Below are positions 50,942 through 60,049 of a stretch of DNA of 64,000 nt, piece by piece (position 1 is the stretch's first letter; each line of letters begins with the position of its first letter). This stretch comes from an uncultured Actinomycetota bacterium (GTDB lineage Bacteria > Actinomycetota > Actinomycetes > JAFAQI01), in contig CAVYQE010000001.1 in assembly GCA_963770565.1 (NCBI GenBank), positions 416,001 to 480,000 on the forward strand. Reading direction: 5' to 3'. The position numbers and the translations under genes were made by a program. The notes under the pieces are model-generated. The model was not told the origin of the DNA and made no database searches. It saw nothing but the letters and a program-made list of their open reading frames with translations.

Positions 50942-52072
50942 CTACTTCTTGATCTTCGTCGCAGCGGTTGTCGCAGTTCCGCTGGCATAGCCGGTCTTGT
51001 GCGCAGTCACCTTGCAGGTGAGCTTCTTGCCCTTGTCCGAGCTCGGTACCTTGAGCGAGGACTTGGTCGCATGCTTGATCTTCTTGCCGTTCACGTACCA
51101 CTGGTAGCTGTACGACGAAGCGGCCGGCGACCACTTACCCTTCGAGGCCTTCTCCGTCTTGCCGACCGTGTGCGGTCCGGAGAGCGTGGGCTTCGTCGTG
51201 GCGTGAAGTGCCTTGCCGATCGCGACCTTCTTCGACGTACTGGTGCCCGGCGTCGACCCGCCGCCGTTCGTCCCGGTTGCTCGGCAGGCGAGCGACTTCT
51301 TGTATTGGGATCCCGGAATCGTGTACGTGCTCTTGGTCGCGCCGGAGATCGCCTTCGTACTCGCCAGCCACTGGTAGCTGACCGACGTGGCTCCGGTGAA
51401 GGAAGCGTGGCAGGTCACCTTGTCGCCGACCCGGACGGTGCCGGAGAGCGTGACCTTGCCGTTGAGGGTCGGCGCAGCGCCCGGGTAGACGACCGTCCAG
51501 GTGTTGGCACCGGCGTCCACCGCGATGTCTACGCGGTCGTAGGCGCTGGTGTCAGGTTCCTGGCCCGGCCCCAGGGTGAAGATTCGCATCTCGTAAAGGT
51601 TCTGGTAGCCCGAATCGGTGAGGTTGTTCGGGTACTCACCGATGTAGTCGTCCATCGTCAGGTCTTCGGCCGTTCCAACTACGAACGGGTTGCCGCTGGC
51701 AGTTACTGCGGCTGGTACGCCGCCCGGCGCCGGGTCGTACTGGCCTGCGCTCAGAAGGTCGCCACTCCACGTCTGTGGGTTCGCACCGCCCTCCTGGGGT
51801 GTGTAGGCGTAGAGGTCGGCGTGGTTGTCACCGGAACGGCCCGCGTGACCGGCCACGGCGTACGCGGCAAAGGGCGCGCTGTCCAGTGTGCCGCCCGTGA
51901 TCACGTGTCCGCTGGAGTCGTAGAAGGTGATCGAGCCGATCGCGTTCGGGTCCGGCTCCCAGCCCGGCGTGACCGTAGCGGCTGACGTCCCTCCCATCGT
52001 GGTGAGCAGCGTGCCGACCGAGATCGCGAGTGCGCCGATCCCGGCGACCAGTCGCTGTCGCGTGAGCATCAT
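50942..52072 (-). CDS. Secreted protein: WEPDPNA domain plus two Lys-rich Ig-like repeats
   Basis: Signal peptide, GGAGG RBS, SYQW...I.GAT...CxxT repeats. Confidence 0.8.
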   Translation of the reverse strand: MMLTRQRLVAGIGALAISVGTLLTTMGGTSAATVTPGWEPDPNAIGSITFYDSSGHVITGGTLDSAPFAAYAVAGHAGRSGDNHADLYAYTPQEGGANPQTWSGDLLSAGQYDPAPGGVPAAVTASGNPFVVGTAEDLTMDDYIGEYPNNLTDSGYQNLYEMRIFTLGPGQEPDTSAYDRVDIAVDAGANTWTVVYPGAAPTLNGKVTLSGTVRVGDKVTCHASFTGATSVSYQWLASTKAISGATKSTYTIPGSQYKKSLACRATGTNGGGSTPGTSTSKKVAIGKALHATTKPTLSGPHTVGKTEKASKGKWSPAASSYSYQWYVNGKKIKHATKSSLKVPSSDKGKKLTCKVTAHKTGYASGTATTAATKIKK

Positions 52073-52181
52073 CGTTAGCCTCCGTCTCAGTGGCACTGGT
52101 CCCAAGACCCGCCTGACTTTCCCTGTCACCCTAGGTCGCACAAGCCCTTCGGTGATCGGCGCGAAGGACGCGTCGGCGGTT

Positions 52182-52214
52182 GTTCATTGGTCGGCCGCTG
52201 CTCGTTAACCTGCC
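52182..52214 (+). promoter_or_regulatory. PHO-box-like 11-nt repeats in the divergent promoter
   Basis: GTTCATTGGTC GGCCGCTGCTC GTTAACCTGCC. Confidence 0.5.
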
Positions 52215-52431
52215 AGTCGTTCCGTACCGGAATGGGTGGCACCGCTGAGGGCGCCTGGCGTCTCGGCCGCGCTCGAAACCGGCGGTCAGACGGCGGCCGC
52301 GGAGGACATCTGTTATTCGTCTTTGTGACACCCGGTGTTAGGTTTCAGTCTTCTCCACGGTTGCCAAAGGCCCGCAGTTTGGGCATTGCGCGGCTTGTCG
52401 CGCCCTAGGCACCTGGAGGGGAACTGGTCTG

Positions 52432-53451
52432 ATGACCACTGACACCCTTCGCCTCGCCCCAGGGCCTGAGTCCGAACCTGACGTCCCGCGCGCAATCAGC
52501 GGTGGGCATACGAGGCCGGACCAGGTCTTCAACGGCGTGGCTCGCGCGTTCGGGCTGTTCGTTCTGGTGCTGATGGCGGCGATCGGACTCTTTCTCGGGC
52601 TGCAGATGATCCCGGTGTTGAGGCATTACGGCTTCAACTTCTTCACCCGGGCGCAATGGGACCCGGACTTGAATCAGGTCGGTGTCAAGGCGGCAGTTTG
52701 GGGAACCATCGAGATCGCCTTTATCGCCCTCGTGGTCGGCTTCCCGCTGGCATTGGGCACCGCCCTGTTCATCACAGAGCTTGCTCCCCGGCGGCTCAGA
52801 TCGTTCCTCGTGTCAATGGTCGATCTGATGGCTGCTGTGCCCAGCATCATCTACGGCTTGTGGGGCTTGAACCTGCTCGAACCGCATGTGATTCACCTGT
52901 CCCGGTGGCTAGCGGAGTACTTCGGTTGGTTCCCGCTCTTTCACGTGGACACGGACACCCACGCTGCCGTTTGGCAGACGTCAAAGTTCACCTCGTCCGC
53001 ATTCATTGCAGGGCTCGCGGTCTCCATGATGGTGACACCGCTGACCTGCGCGATCATGCGTGGCGTGTTCGCGCAGGCACCACTCGGTGAGCGCGAGGCG
53101 GCGCTCGCGCTTGGCGCGACCAAATGGGGGGTGATCCGCTCGGTCGTGCTCCCCTTCGGTCGTGGCGGCATGATCGGCGGCACGATGCTCGGGCTCGGGC
53201 GAGCGTTGGGCGAGACAGTTGCGGTCCTTTTGATCATGGCGCAGTCGTTCAAGATCAGCCTGCATGCGCTGCAGAACGGTTACATCTCGATCTCCGCGCT
53301 CATCGCTAACTTCTTCAACTCCGCAACCTCGCTGCAACTGAAGGCATTGCTGGCCGCCGGATTCGTGCTGTTCGTGATGACCCTGATCGTCAACACGATC
53401 GCGGGAATCATCGTGAACCGCAGCCGCAGCGGCGCGGCGACGGAGATCTGA
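52432..53451 (+). CDS. pstC: Phosphate ABC permease PstC
   Basis: AAVPSIIYGLWG, EAALALGATKW, LGLGRALGET. Confidence 0.93.
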   Translation: MTTDTLRLAPGPESEPDVPRAISGGHTRPDQVFNGVARAFGLFVLVLMAAIGLFLGLQMIPVLRHYGFNFFTRAQWDPDLNQVGVKAAVWGTIEIAFIALVVGFPLALGTALFITELAPRRLRSFLVSMVDLMAAVPSIIYGLWGLNLLEPHVIHLSRWLAEYFGWFPLFHVDTDTHAAVWQTSKFTSSAFIAGLAVSMMVTPLTCAIMRGVFAQAPLGEREAALALGATKWGVIRSVVLPFGRGGMIGGTMLGLGRALGETVAVLLIMAQSFKISLHALQNGYISISALIANFFNSATSLQLKALLAAGFVLFVMTLIVNTIAGIIVNRSRSGAATEI

Positions 53452-53452
53452 A

Positions 53453-54556
53453 ATGGCCGCGATCACTTCAGCCGTGGAATCCGTCGACGCCAGCGCCGCG
53501 CCGGCTCCGGAGCCCGACCAGCCACGACGACTGGGCACCACCACCGTCGACGATGTGATGTCGCTGCTTGGCTCGATCGTGGGCGCGTTCGGGCTGGTGT
53601 GGATCGTTCTCTACCGCCTGCTCCCGCTGTCCGGAACGCTCGGTTTCGTCGTCTGCTGGTATGTCGTCTTCCTCGCGCTGTACACAGCGGTCACGGCGAT
53701 GTCGCACCCGAAGCCGATCGTCGTCGATCGGCTGGCGCGGAGCTTGATCTGCGGTGTTGCCGGAATCGTCGCCCTGGCGCTGGCGTCGACGATCCTCGAC
53801 ACCTTCCTTCGTGGCCGGCATGCCCTGGTGCACTGGAACTTCTACTCCAAGGACGCCAACGGCGTATCGCCGACGGCACCGTTGAACCAAGGCGGGATCC
53901 TGCACGCGATCGCCGGAACGTTCGTCGAGCTCGGCATCGCGACGGCAATTTCCCTTCCGTTGGGGATCGGCGCCGCGATCTACATGAGTGAGGTAGGCGG
54001 CCGACTGGCTCGCACGGTGCGCACGGTCGTCGAGGCGATGACCGCCCTTCCGGACCTGCTGGCTGGTCTGTTCATCTATACGACCGTGATCGTCGCGCTG
54101 AGATTCGAGAAGAGCGGCCTGACGGCCGCGCTTGCCCTTGCCATCACGATGCTCCCGATCATCGCCCGCTCGGCTGAGCTTCAGCTGCGGGTCGTGCCTG
54201 GCGGGTTGCGGGAGGCCGGGCTTGCCCTCGGCGCGCCGAAATGGCGCATGGTGCTGCGGGTCGTGCTGCCGACCGCGGCCACCGGCCTCGCGACCGCCCT
54301 CATCCTCGCCTTCGCTCGCGCGGTCGGCGAGACCGCTCCCGTGCTGATCGCGTCGGGGGCCACGCCGTTCCTTCGCTTCAATCCGACCGGTGAGCCGATG
54401 ATGTCGCTCCCGCTATACATCTTCACCGAGGTACGAAGCGGCCAGCCATTGGAGATCGAGCGCGCGTACGGAGCCGCCTGCGTGTTGCTGGCAATTGTGC
54501 TCGTGTTGTTCATGGCCCTACGGGTCCTGGCCCGACGGAAAGGCACTGTTCGGTGA
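53453..54556 (+). CDS. pstA: Phosphate ABC permease PstA
   Basis: LRVVPGGLREAGLALGA, ARAVGETAP, SLPLYIF. Confidence 0.92.
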   Translation: MAAITSAVESVDASAAPAPEPDQPRRLGTTTVDDVMSLLGSIVGAFGLVWIVLYRLLPLSGTLGFVVCWYVVFLALYTAVTAMSHPKPIVVDRLARSLICGVAGIVALALASTILDTFLRGRHALVHWNFYSKDANGVSPTAPLNQGGILHAIAGTFVELGIATAISLPLGIGAAIYMSEVGGRLARTVRTVVEAMTALPDLLAGLFIYTTVIVALRFEKSGLTAALALAITMLPIIARSAELQLRVVPGGLREAGLALGAPKWRMVLRVVLPTAATGLATALILAFARAVGETAPVLIASGATPFLRFNPTGEPMMSLPLYIFTEVRSGQPLEIERAYGAACVLLAIVLVLFMALRVLARRKGTVR

Positions 54557-56190
54557 ACGCTCGCCGGCTTCGTCCGACTCGGCTCGCCGTCCTTGCGGCG
54601 GCGATGCTGATGTCGGTCTTCTGGACCATGCCCACGCCCGCGTTCGCCTCGGGCACCACGCAGATCAACGGCTCGGGCTCGACCTGGGCCTACAACGCGG
54701 TCAACGCCTGGATCGGCGAGGTGTCTGCCCAGGGCCTTCGGGTGACGTTCAACCCGAACGGCTCGGCAGCGGGCCGCCAGGATTTCGCGAACCGAGCGGT
54801 CGACTACGCCGTCTCCGACATCGGCTTCCAGGGAAAGGACCCGTTGACCGGCACCAACGACACCTCGAGCGGGCGAGCGTTCGCGTACGTCCCACTGGTG
54901 GCGGGTGGCACGTCGTTTCCGTATCACCTGACGGTTGCGGGACAGCTGGTGCGCAACCTCAGGTTGTCCGGTGCGACCTTGGCAGGAATCTTCACGGGTT
55001 CGATCACCAACTGGGACGCGCCGCAGATCAGCAAAGACAACAACGGGAGGAAGTTCCCCTCGATTCCGATCGTGCCGCTCGTGCACTCGGAGGGCTCTGG
55101 GACGAGCTACCAGTTCTCCGCGTATCTGGCTCAGGATTTCTCCAGCGTCTGGTCCTCCTTCGCGGGCAAGGACAAGCCGACCGAGTATTGGCCGAGCGAC
55201 AAGGCCAACGAGATCGCGCTGAACGGGTCGGACCAGTTGATGAACTACCTCGCATCGCAATCGGGCCAGGGAGCGATCGGCTACGACGAATACTCGTATG
55301 CGATCGCAAAGAACATTCCGGTCGCCAAGATCGAAAACCAGGCGGGCTACTTCACACTCCCCACCCAGTACAACGTCGCGGTGGCGCTCACCCAGGCGAT
55401 CATCAACTACAACCAGAACTCGCCGGACTACCTGCTCGAGAGTCTCAAGGACGTATACGGGTACTCGGATAAGCGCACCTATCCGCTGTCGTCGTACTCG
55501 TACGGCATCATCCCTACGGCGGCGAACGACGGGACGATGAGCACTCCCAAGCGGCAGGCCCTCGCCGACTTCCTCTACACCTCGATCTGTCAAGGTCAAG
55601 GTGCGATCGGCCAGATCGGCTATTCAGCACTTCCGATCAACCTGGTTCAGGCTGCGTTCAAGCAAGTCGGCCTGCTCAAGAAGGTCGACTCGCAAGTCTC
55701 GCTCACCAACCTGAACGTGACGACCTGCGGCAACCCCACGTTCGTGGCCGGGAAGCCCAAGGAAAACCACCTGGCCCAGATCGCGCCCGAGCCGCCGTTG
55801 TGCGACGAGGTCGGGCATGGCCCCTGCACCACCAGCAACGACACCACCGGCCCGACCCCAACGACGGGCGGGAAGAGCTCGTCGCCGACCGGCTCGAAGA
55901 AGGGGAAAGGTGGCCACCACTCGAGCAGCCCGAGTCCCGGGACAAGCCCGAGTCCCGGGACCAGCCCGAGTCCCGGGACGAGTACTGGTGGAGGCATCGA
56001 TCCAGTGACCGGGCTGCGCAGTAGCGACCCGAACGGCACCTCGGGCACAGGGACGGTCGAGACCGAGCCGGTCACGCTCGGCACCGGTGCGTCGTCCGGC
56101 ACCGCGCTTGCGGTGCTTGCCGCTGTGCTCTTCCTCGCGGCGATCGTTGTCCCTCCGACCTTGGCTCGACGCTGGCTCCGCAGGAAGTGA
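54553..56190 (+). CDS. pstS: PstS-type phosphate-binding protein with C-terminal membrane anchor
   Basis: GSGST, GSAAG, VSD, SGTS, YPLSSYSY; signal peptide ending AFA; S/P/T linker, TM and RRWLRRK. Confidence 0.85.
   Translation: MNARRLRPTRLAVLAAAMLMSVFWTMPTPAFASGTTQINGSGSTWAYNAVNAWIGEVSAQGLRVTFNPNGSAAGRQDFANRAVDYAVSDIGFQGKDPLTGTNDTSSGRAFAYVPLVAGGTSFPYHLTVAGQLVRNLRLSGATLAGIFTGSITNWDAPQISKDNNGRKFPSIPIVPLVHSEGSGTSYQFSAYLAQDFSSVWSSFAGKDKPTEYWPSDKANEIALNGSDQLMNYLASQSGQGAIGYDEYSYAIAKNIPVAKIENQAGYFTLPTQYNVAVALTQAIINYNQNSPDYLLESLKDVYGYSDKRTYPLSSYSYGIIPTAANDGTMSTPKRQALADFLYTSICQGQGAIGQIGYSALPINLVQAAFKQVGLLKKVDSQVSLTNLNVTTCGNPTFVAGKPKENHLAQIAPEPPLCDEVGHGPCTTSNDTTGPTPTTGGKSSSPTGSKKGKGGHHSSSPSPGTSPSPGTSPSPGTSTGGGIDPVTGLRSSDPNGTSGTGTVETEPVTLGTGASSGTALAVLAAVLFLAAIVVPPTLARRWLRRK
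55927..55980 (+). repeat. 18-bp tandem repeat x3 (SPSPGT) in the PstS stalk
   Basis: AGCCCGAGTCCCGGGAC(A/C/G) x3. Confidence 0.9.
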
Positions 56191-59000
56191 TGGCGCGAGT
56201 GCGATCAACGAGCCCGACCCGGCACCCTCGCGCGTACATCGGCGCGGCAACCCTTGCGGTGGTGCTGGCCGGTCCGCTTGCCGTGGCATCCGGATCGCCG
56301 GCGGCAGAGGGCATTTCCGACCACCCGGTGACAGTGAGCAAGACGGTCACCCGCACGAACATCCTGCCTGATGGCCAGCAGCAGACTGTCGTCAAGAAGA
56401 AGGTGACGGTCTCAGTCAGCGCAACGACGGGGCTTCGGACGCTTCAGCAGATCAACGTGTCTTGGAAGGGCGCATATCCGACCAACTACATAGACCCGGA
56501 CCCGAACTCAGCGAATGCCTCGTCGTATCAGGAGTATCCGGTTGTTGTCCTTGAATGCCGTGGCGTGGACTCGACGAAGGTTCCGCCGAAGGACCGGCTG
56601 AGCCAGCAAAACTGTTGGACCCAGTACAACATCGAGCGAAATGCTTCTGCGCCGGGCACCGAGTTCCCGCCGTGGCGAATGGACCGGTACGCCGGCAATC
56701 TCGGCCTGTTCCCCCACAAACCGAAGAAGCTGCCAACCGGTTGTTCGCCGTACAGCTTTGGTGAAGCCGATTATTTCGAGCCGCTGAGGGCGCTGAACGG
56801 GAGGAGCTACTACGGCGGGCCGACGCTCGCCTGTAGCACGTTGTCTCCGGAGCAGTCGGGATTCACGGCCGACTTCCCGGACAACACGACCTTCGGCGTG
56901 ACCGGTGCGGGTGGTGCGGGTCGGGCAAAGTTCGTGGTGTGGAGCAGCGAGACGAACGAGACGCTGGGCTGCTCGGCGACTGTGAAGTGCTCACTCGTTG
57001 TGATTCCGATCGTCGGGATCAGCTGTGATGAGCGGTCAAAGTCCGCGGATGAGACCCCGCAGGACGTCGACCATTGCGACTATGCCGACACCGAGCATGG
57101 CCTGCTCGAGAATGCCGCTGGTGAGCTCAGCAGCCCTGGCCAGATGGCGCTGGAGTCTGTGACCGGCGAGCTGTGGTGGTCGGCGTCGAACTGGCGCAAC
57201 CGGATCTCGATCCCGCTGTCATTCGCGCTGCCCTCTGATTACTGCGCCGTCGTGAACAAGCGTGCATCAGTGTTCGTGTACGGATCGGAACTGATGAACG
57301 AAGCTGCGCAGCAGTGGAGCCCCGAATTCTGCACCGACTCAAAGCGGACGCCGTTCACCCAGATCGCGCAGGCTGAACCCGCGGCTGTGAACGAGCTCAA
57401 TGAGCGTTCGATCGATGCTGCGTACGAGACCTATCCTCCCAAACCCGCCGGTAGAGCCGGGCCACCGGTCGTGAACGCACCGGTGGCGGTCAGCGGCTTC
57501 GCAATATCGACAGTGGTCGACGATGCACAGCACAACGAGGACTTTGATGTCAAGCTCGACCCTCGGCTGCTCGCCAAACTCCTGACCGAGTCCTATCCGG
57601 ACCTTCCCGACATCGCCCAGAACGACGGTATGGCGAACAACCCACTCAACATCACGCTCGACCCTGAGTTTCGGGCGCTCAACCCCGACGTGCCCGAGGA
57701 GACCGCAAGTTCGGGCTTCCAGATCATCACCGATGCCCGTGCCACGCTGATGGCACTGTCCTCGGACTCCGATGTGACGCACGCGTTGACCGCATACATC
57801 GCGGCCGATCCGGCGGCAATGGCCTTCATCGACGGCAAGCCCGATCCGTGGGGCATGGTCGTCAATCCCAGCTACAAGGGGACGAAGCTGCCGACTGACT
57901 TCTGGCCGCTGAAGGACACTTATATTCCATATGCCGTCTACAACAGTGACCAGACGTCCTGCTTCGCCCAGGCTCGCTATCAGGTGCCGTACCTTCCGCT
58001 GGTCGCCTCGCCGTTGCTGACCTTGTCGAGCATCGCGTACGACCTCGAGTTCTCGTTGCCGAACTCGGTGACCTCCTGTTTCGTCAGTGTGGGAACCCCC
58101 GAGGCGGACAAGCTGATCACCGGCCCCCGACAAGCTCCCGGTGAAAGATTCCTGCTCGGTATCACATCTTTGTCTGAAGCCAAGCGCTACGACCTTGACA
58201 CGGCCGAACTCGAATCCCAATCGACGGTGTCGCCGACGACGGCATTCACGAGTGCAGAGGGGAGCACGTTCGTCCACCCGACTAACGCCTCGTTGACCGC
58301 CGCGACGAAGGCGCTCGTGCCCGACAAGGCGGACAACAGTTGGCGTCTTGACTACGACAAGCTGCGCACGAGTCCCTCGGAGGCAAACGCCTACCCCGGG
58401 ACCATGCTGGTGTCGATGAGCGTTCCGACGGCGGGGCTTGCCGCCGCGGACGCCAAGGCGTACTCACAAATGCTCGCGTTTTCGGCCGGGCTGGGCCAAA
58501 CGCCCGGGCCAGACTTCGGCCAACTTGCCGCGGGATACCTGCCGATGACGACCGCGAACGGTCTCGGCGCATTAGCGAGCTACACGCAGCGGGCCGCCGC
58601 GGTAGTCGCTGCGCAGCAATGTGAAGTCCCCAACGTGGACAACTCGGCTCAGGCCCGCTCCACGTGGAGCGGATGCCCACCGCCGCCACCACCTCCGTCG
58701 CACTCACCCTCGCCAACCCCTGACTCGAGCTCGACATCGCAGCCATCGTCCGGACAGACCTCGATTCCCGCGGTGAACAGTCCATCGGCGAGCGCTTCGC
58801 CGAGCTCACCGGGAGGTAGTCCGACGGTTGCCCCGTCCCCGTCGCCGACTCCAGTCGCCGAGGCCACGCCGATCTCGCCAGTGGGATCGTGGGTGTATTT
58901 CCTGCCGGCGGTGGTTTTCGCTGGGCTGCTCTGCGGCGGCGCCGTGGGCGGCACCTGGCTGCTTCGGCGTTATCGCGGTAGACGCGGGTCGGCTCCGTGA
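56187..59000 (+). CDS. Large secreted Cys-rich protein with degenerate PstS-like domain and C-terminal TM
   Basis: Signal peptide; VYGSELMNEAAQQW, APVAVSG, AYPGTM, GYLPM; poly-Pro/Ser linker, TM, basic tail. Confidence 0.75.
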   Translation: MMARVRSTSPTRHPRAYIGAATLAVVLAGPLAVASGSPAAEGISDHPVTVSKTVTRTNILPDGQQQTVVKKKVTVSVSATTGLRTLQQINVSWKGAYPTNYIDPDPNSANASSYQEYPVVVLECRGVDSTKVPPKDRLSQQNCWTQYNIERNASAPGTEFPPWRMDRYAGNLGLFPHKPKKLPTGCSPYSFGEADYFEPLRALNGRSYYGGPTLACSTLSPEQSGFTADFPDNTTFGVTGAGGAGRAKFVVWSSETNETLGCSATVKCSLVVIPIVGISCDERSKSADETPQDVDHCDYADTEHGLLENAAGELSSPGQMALESVTGELWWSASNWRNRISIPLSFALPSDYCAVVNKRASVFVYGSELMNEAAQQWSPEFCTDSKRTPFTQIAQAEPAAVNELNERSIDAAYETYPPKPAGRAGPPVVNAPVAVSGFAISTVVDDAQHNEDFDVKLDPRLLAKLLTESYPDLPDIAQNDGMANNPLNITLDPEFRALNPDVPEETASSGFQIITDARATLMALSSDSDVTHALTAYIAADPAAMAFIDGKPDPWGMVVNPSYKGTKLPTDFWPLKDTYIPYAVYNSDQTSCFAQARYQVPYLPLVASPLLTLSSIAYDLEFSLPNSVTSCFVSVGTPEADKLITGPRQAPGERFLLGITSLSEAKRYDLDTAELESQSTVSPTTAFTSAEGSTFVHPTNASLTAATKALVPDKADNSWRLDYDKLRTSPSEANAYPGTMLVSMSVPTAGLAAADAKAYSQMLAFSAGLGQTPGPDFGQLAAGYLPMTTANGLGALASYTQRAAAVVAAQQCEVPNVDNSAQARSTWSGCPPPPPPPSHSPSPTPDSSSTSQPSSGQTSIPAVNSPSASASPSSPGGSPTVAPSPSPTPVAEATPISPVGSWVYFLPAVVFAGLLCGGAVGGTWLLRRYRGRRGSAP

Positions 59001-59929
59001 GCGCTGGTGTCCTCGACGATCGGGCGCAGCCGGATGCGACGTCAGGTGTGACGTCCGGCCGTCGCCGCCCGCGGGCGCCGCAGGCACCCCTGTCCACTCC
59101 GGCAGCGATCTCGGTCGCGGCTGCGGCGATCCTCTTTGCGGTCGCGATCTGGGCCATTCTCTACGCGTTCGTGCTTAGTGGCGTGCAGGAGCACACCGCC
59201 CAACGCGGCCTGTACGCGAAGCTTCGATTGGAACTGGCGAACGAGGTGGCGCCGGTCGGGGGGCAGGTCGCCGACGGCGCCCCGATCGCCCTCATCAACG
59301 TGCCTGCGCTGGACCTGAAGGACAACGTGGTGGTCGAGGGGACCACCACGACGGACCTGCAGAACGGGCCCGGTCACCAGGTCAACACGGTGTTTCCGGG
59401 CCAGGCGGGCGTGTCGGTGATCTACGGCAAGAGCGCCACCTTCGGCGCTCCGTTCCGGAGCGTGTCCCATCTTCGATCCGGCGACAAGGTCATTGCCACC
59501 ACAGGGCAGGGCACCTTCACCTACACGGTCAACGACGTGCGCCGGGCCGGCGATCCACTGCCGCAGCCGCTGGCGGCCGGTCAGGGCCGACTGACCTTAG
59601 TCGCCGCGGTCGGCCACGGTTGGCGCGCTGGTTGGGCGCCTTCGCAGATCGTCTACATCGACGCCACGTTGAACGGCAAAGGCAAGGCCTCGCCGTCGGG
59701 TGGCCCGGCCCTGCAGCCCGCCAGCCAACTTCCCATGTCGCGTGACGACTCGGCGCTGACCCCATTGGTGCTGTGGTTGGAGTTGCTGGTCGTTACTTCT
59801 GTCGCTTTTGTGTGGGCCCGAGGTCGCTGGGGCGGTTGGCAGGTGTGGCTGGTGGGAACTCCTGCACTTCTTGCAGTCGTTTGGGTTGTGACGGAGACGG
59901 CCGCGCGACTATTGCCCAATCTGCTCTGA
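58997..59929 (+). CDS. Sortase-fold membrane protein lacking the catalytic His/Cys
   Basis: VVEGT...L..GPGH...T.FPGQ.G...G...FGAPF...L..GD...LTLV; no Cys in 310 aa. Confidence 0.82.
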   Translation: MSAGVLDDRAQPDATSGVTSGRRRPRAPQAPLSTPAAISVAAAAILFAVAIWAILYAFVLSGVQEHTAQRGLYAKLRLELANEVAPVGGQVADGAPIALINVPALDLKDNVVVEGTTTTDLQNGPGHQVNTVFPGQAGVSVIYGKSATFGAPFRSVSHLRSGDKVIATTGQGTFTYTVNDVRRAGDPLPQPLAAGQGRLTLVAAVGHGWRAGWAPSQIVYIDATLNGKGKASPSGGPALQPASQLPMSRDDSALTPLVLWLELLVVTSVAFVWARGRWGGWQVWLVGTPALLAVVWVVTETAARLLPNLL

Positions 59930-59949
59930 GGCAAACACTGCCGGGCATC

Positions 59950-60004
59950 GTTCGTCTGCTGTTCAGCATCTAGCGACCTTCTAGCCCGATGACCTCCCTA
60001 GGTT
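59950..60004 (+). promoter_or_regulatory. PHO-box-like repeats plus -10 TAGGTT
   Basis: GTTCGTCTGCT GTTCAGCATCT; TAGGTT at 59999-60004. Confidence 0.55.
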
Positions 60005-60049
60005 TGGCGGGTCGGAGATGGACTCCGTAAAACCTCCCGAGGAGGGTGC

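Noticed and set aside
56040-56190. Canonical LPxTG sorting signal on PstS
   Set aside because: TM and basic tail are present, but the motif reads VTLGTG and the adjacent sortase-fold protein lacks its catalytic Cys
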